Positions 63,444 to 64,000 of a stretch of 64,000 bases of DNA are shown piece after piece. This DNA is from Verrucomicrobiota bacterium (GTDB taxonomy: Bacteria; Verrucomicrobiota; Verrucomicrobiia; Limisphaerales; UBA1100). How positions within the stretch are numbered: position 1 is the first letter of the stretch; each line of letters starts with the position of its first letter. The position numbers and the translations under genes are program-made. Where the stretch lies: positions 17,549 to 81,548 of the forward strand of contig JASLKQ010000002.1 of assembly GCA_030747505.1 (NCBI GenBank). Direction: 5' to 3'. The notes under the pieces are model-generated. The model was not told where the DNA came from, did not search any database, and saw only the letters and a list, made by a program, of their open reading frames with translations.

Positions 63444-64000
63444 TTAGCCGTGGCTGTGGCTGTGGCTGTGGCTGTGGTCGTGTTCTCCCTCAGGGGGGTC
63501 GATCTCGGTGATTTTTGCTTGTTCGGCCATCAGATCGACAACTTTTTCCTCCAGCAGTCTATTTTGGATGTAACCAATCTGGTTATTCTCAGCAAGTTCC
63601 TTGATATGTGCCTGGGGATCTTTGCCCATTTGTTGAGCCTGCATGGCGACTACGCGTAAAACATCTTCCCGGCTAACCTCGATCTTCTCCTCTTCAGAAA
63701 TGCGTTTATGGGCAAAAAACCAGCGTAGGTTGTCTATAGCCGCCGCATTGGCGTCGGCGTTAATCTGATCGGTGTCTTTTGCCACCTCCTCCTCCGTGGC
63801 TCCCTGTGCCCGGCGATTGCGTACAATGGACTGAACCGCATTCTGCTTTTCCTGTTGGTGGAAGGAAGGGGGCACATCAAACTTCAAGCTGGCTGTGTAT
63901 GTTTCGCGAACTTGCATTTTCACTGTTTGGTTCGCCTCCCCCTTTTGGTTGGCTTCCAGATCTTCTTTTACCCCATTACGCAGTTTTTCCATGCTTTCGG
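63444..64000 (-). CDS. tig: Trigger factor, C-terminal part; the N-terminus lies beyond the right edge of the window
   Basis: Typical trigger-factor C-terminal domain (LKFDVPPSFHQQEKQNAVQSIV..., RVVAMQAQQMG, VVDLMAEQAKITE). The frame stays open to position 64000, so the internal Met listed by the ORF track is not the real start. It ends in EHDHSHSHSHSHG. Confidence 0.85.
   Translation of the reverse strand, partial: ESMEKLRNGVKEDLEANQKGEANQTVKMQVRETYTASLKFDVPPSFHQQEKQNAVQSIVRNRRAQGATEEEVAKDTDQINADANAAAIDNLRWFFAHKRISEEEKIEVSREDVLRVVAMQAQQMGKDPQAHIKELAENNQIGYIQNRLLEEKVVDLMAEQAKITEIDPPEGEHDHSHSHSHSHG
63450..63479. repeat. In-frame hexanucleotide microsatellite (GTGGCT)x4 plus one GTGGTC variant
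   Basis: Direct reading of 63450-63479. On the minus strand it encodes the (His-Ser)n tail of trigger factor. Confidence 0.9.

Noticed and set aside
63450-63479. Tandem GTGGCT repeats as a possible CRISPR array or mobile-element remnant
   Set aside because: The unit is only 6 nt with no spacers, and it lies in frame inside the 3-prime end of tig. It is a coding microsatellite.

Overview
The window looks like a gene-dense (about 60 CDS) core chromosomal segment from a member of the PVC superphylum, most likely Verrucomicrobiota. The taxon call rests on a DUF1549/DUF1553 (PSD1) protein, a Chlamydiae/Verrucomicrobia-type small basic protein, TAT-signal Gfo/Idh/MocA oxidoreductases and many Pro-rich or TPR envelope proteins. 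I recognised no rRNA, tRNA, CRISPR array, transposase, integrase or prophage genes.

Most of the content is housekeeping:
- leuB.
- A translationally coupled thiG-hldA-gmhB-kdsB-pyrG-folC block.
- hsp20-clpB.
- A type-B sdhCAB/frd operon.
- ileS, ogt, folD, rluB, cstA and nadD-rsfS.
- ftsK, rimO-pgsA-pgpA and korAB.
- Three peptidyl-prolyl isomerases, then gpmA, a DAHP synthase and a partial tig.

The ORF track misses two genes truncated by the window edges (DUF1549/1553 at the left, trigger factor at the right). It also misses two sub-60-aa ORFs, a small basic protein and a small lipoprotein.

The most unusual signals are these:
1. An FtsK DNA translocase carries an apparently catalytically intact class III nucleotidyl cyclase domain between its 4-TM anchor and its motor. 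The next gene encodes a GYF_2 plus cNMP-binding protein, which suggests an undescribed division- or segregation-linked cyclic nucleotide module.
2. A 14.7 kb co-directional gene array contains an ABC ATPase, a 964-aa internally duplicated permease, a TPR-LysM lipoprotein and several membrane or coiled-coil proteins of unknown function. It could be an FtsEX-like envelope system.
3. Two tandem secreted cyclophilin-FKBP dual-family immunophilins sit beside a cytosolic cyclophilin.

All family calls come from reading the translations by eye against remembered motifs. Nothing was searched against a database.
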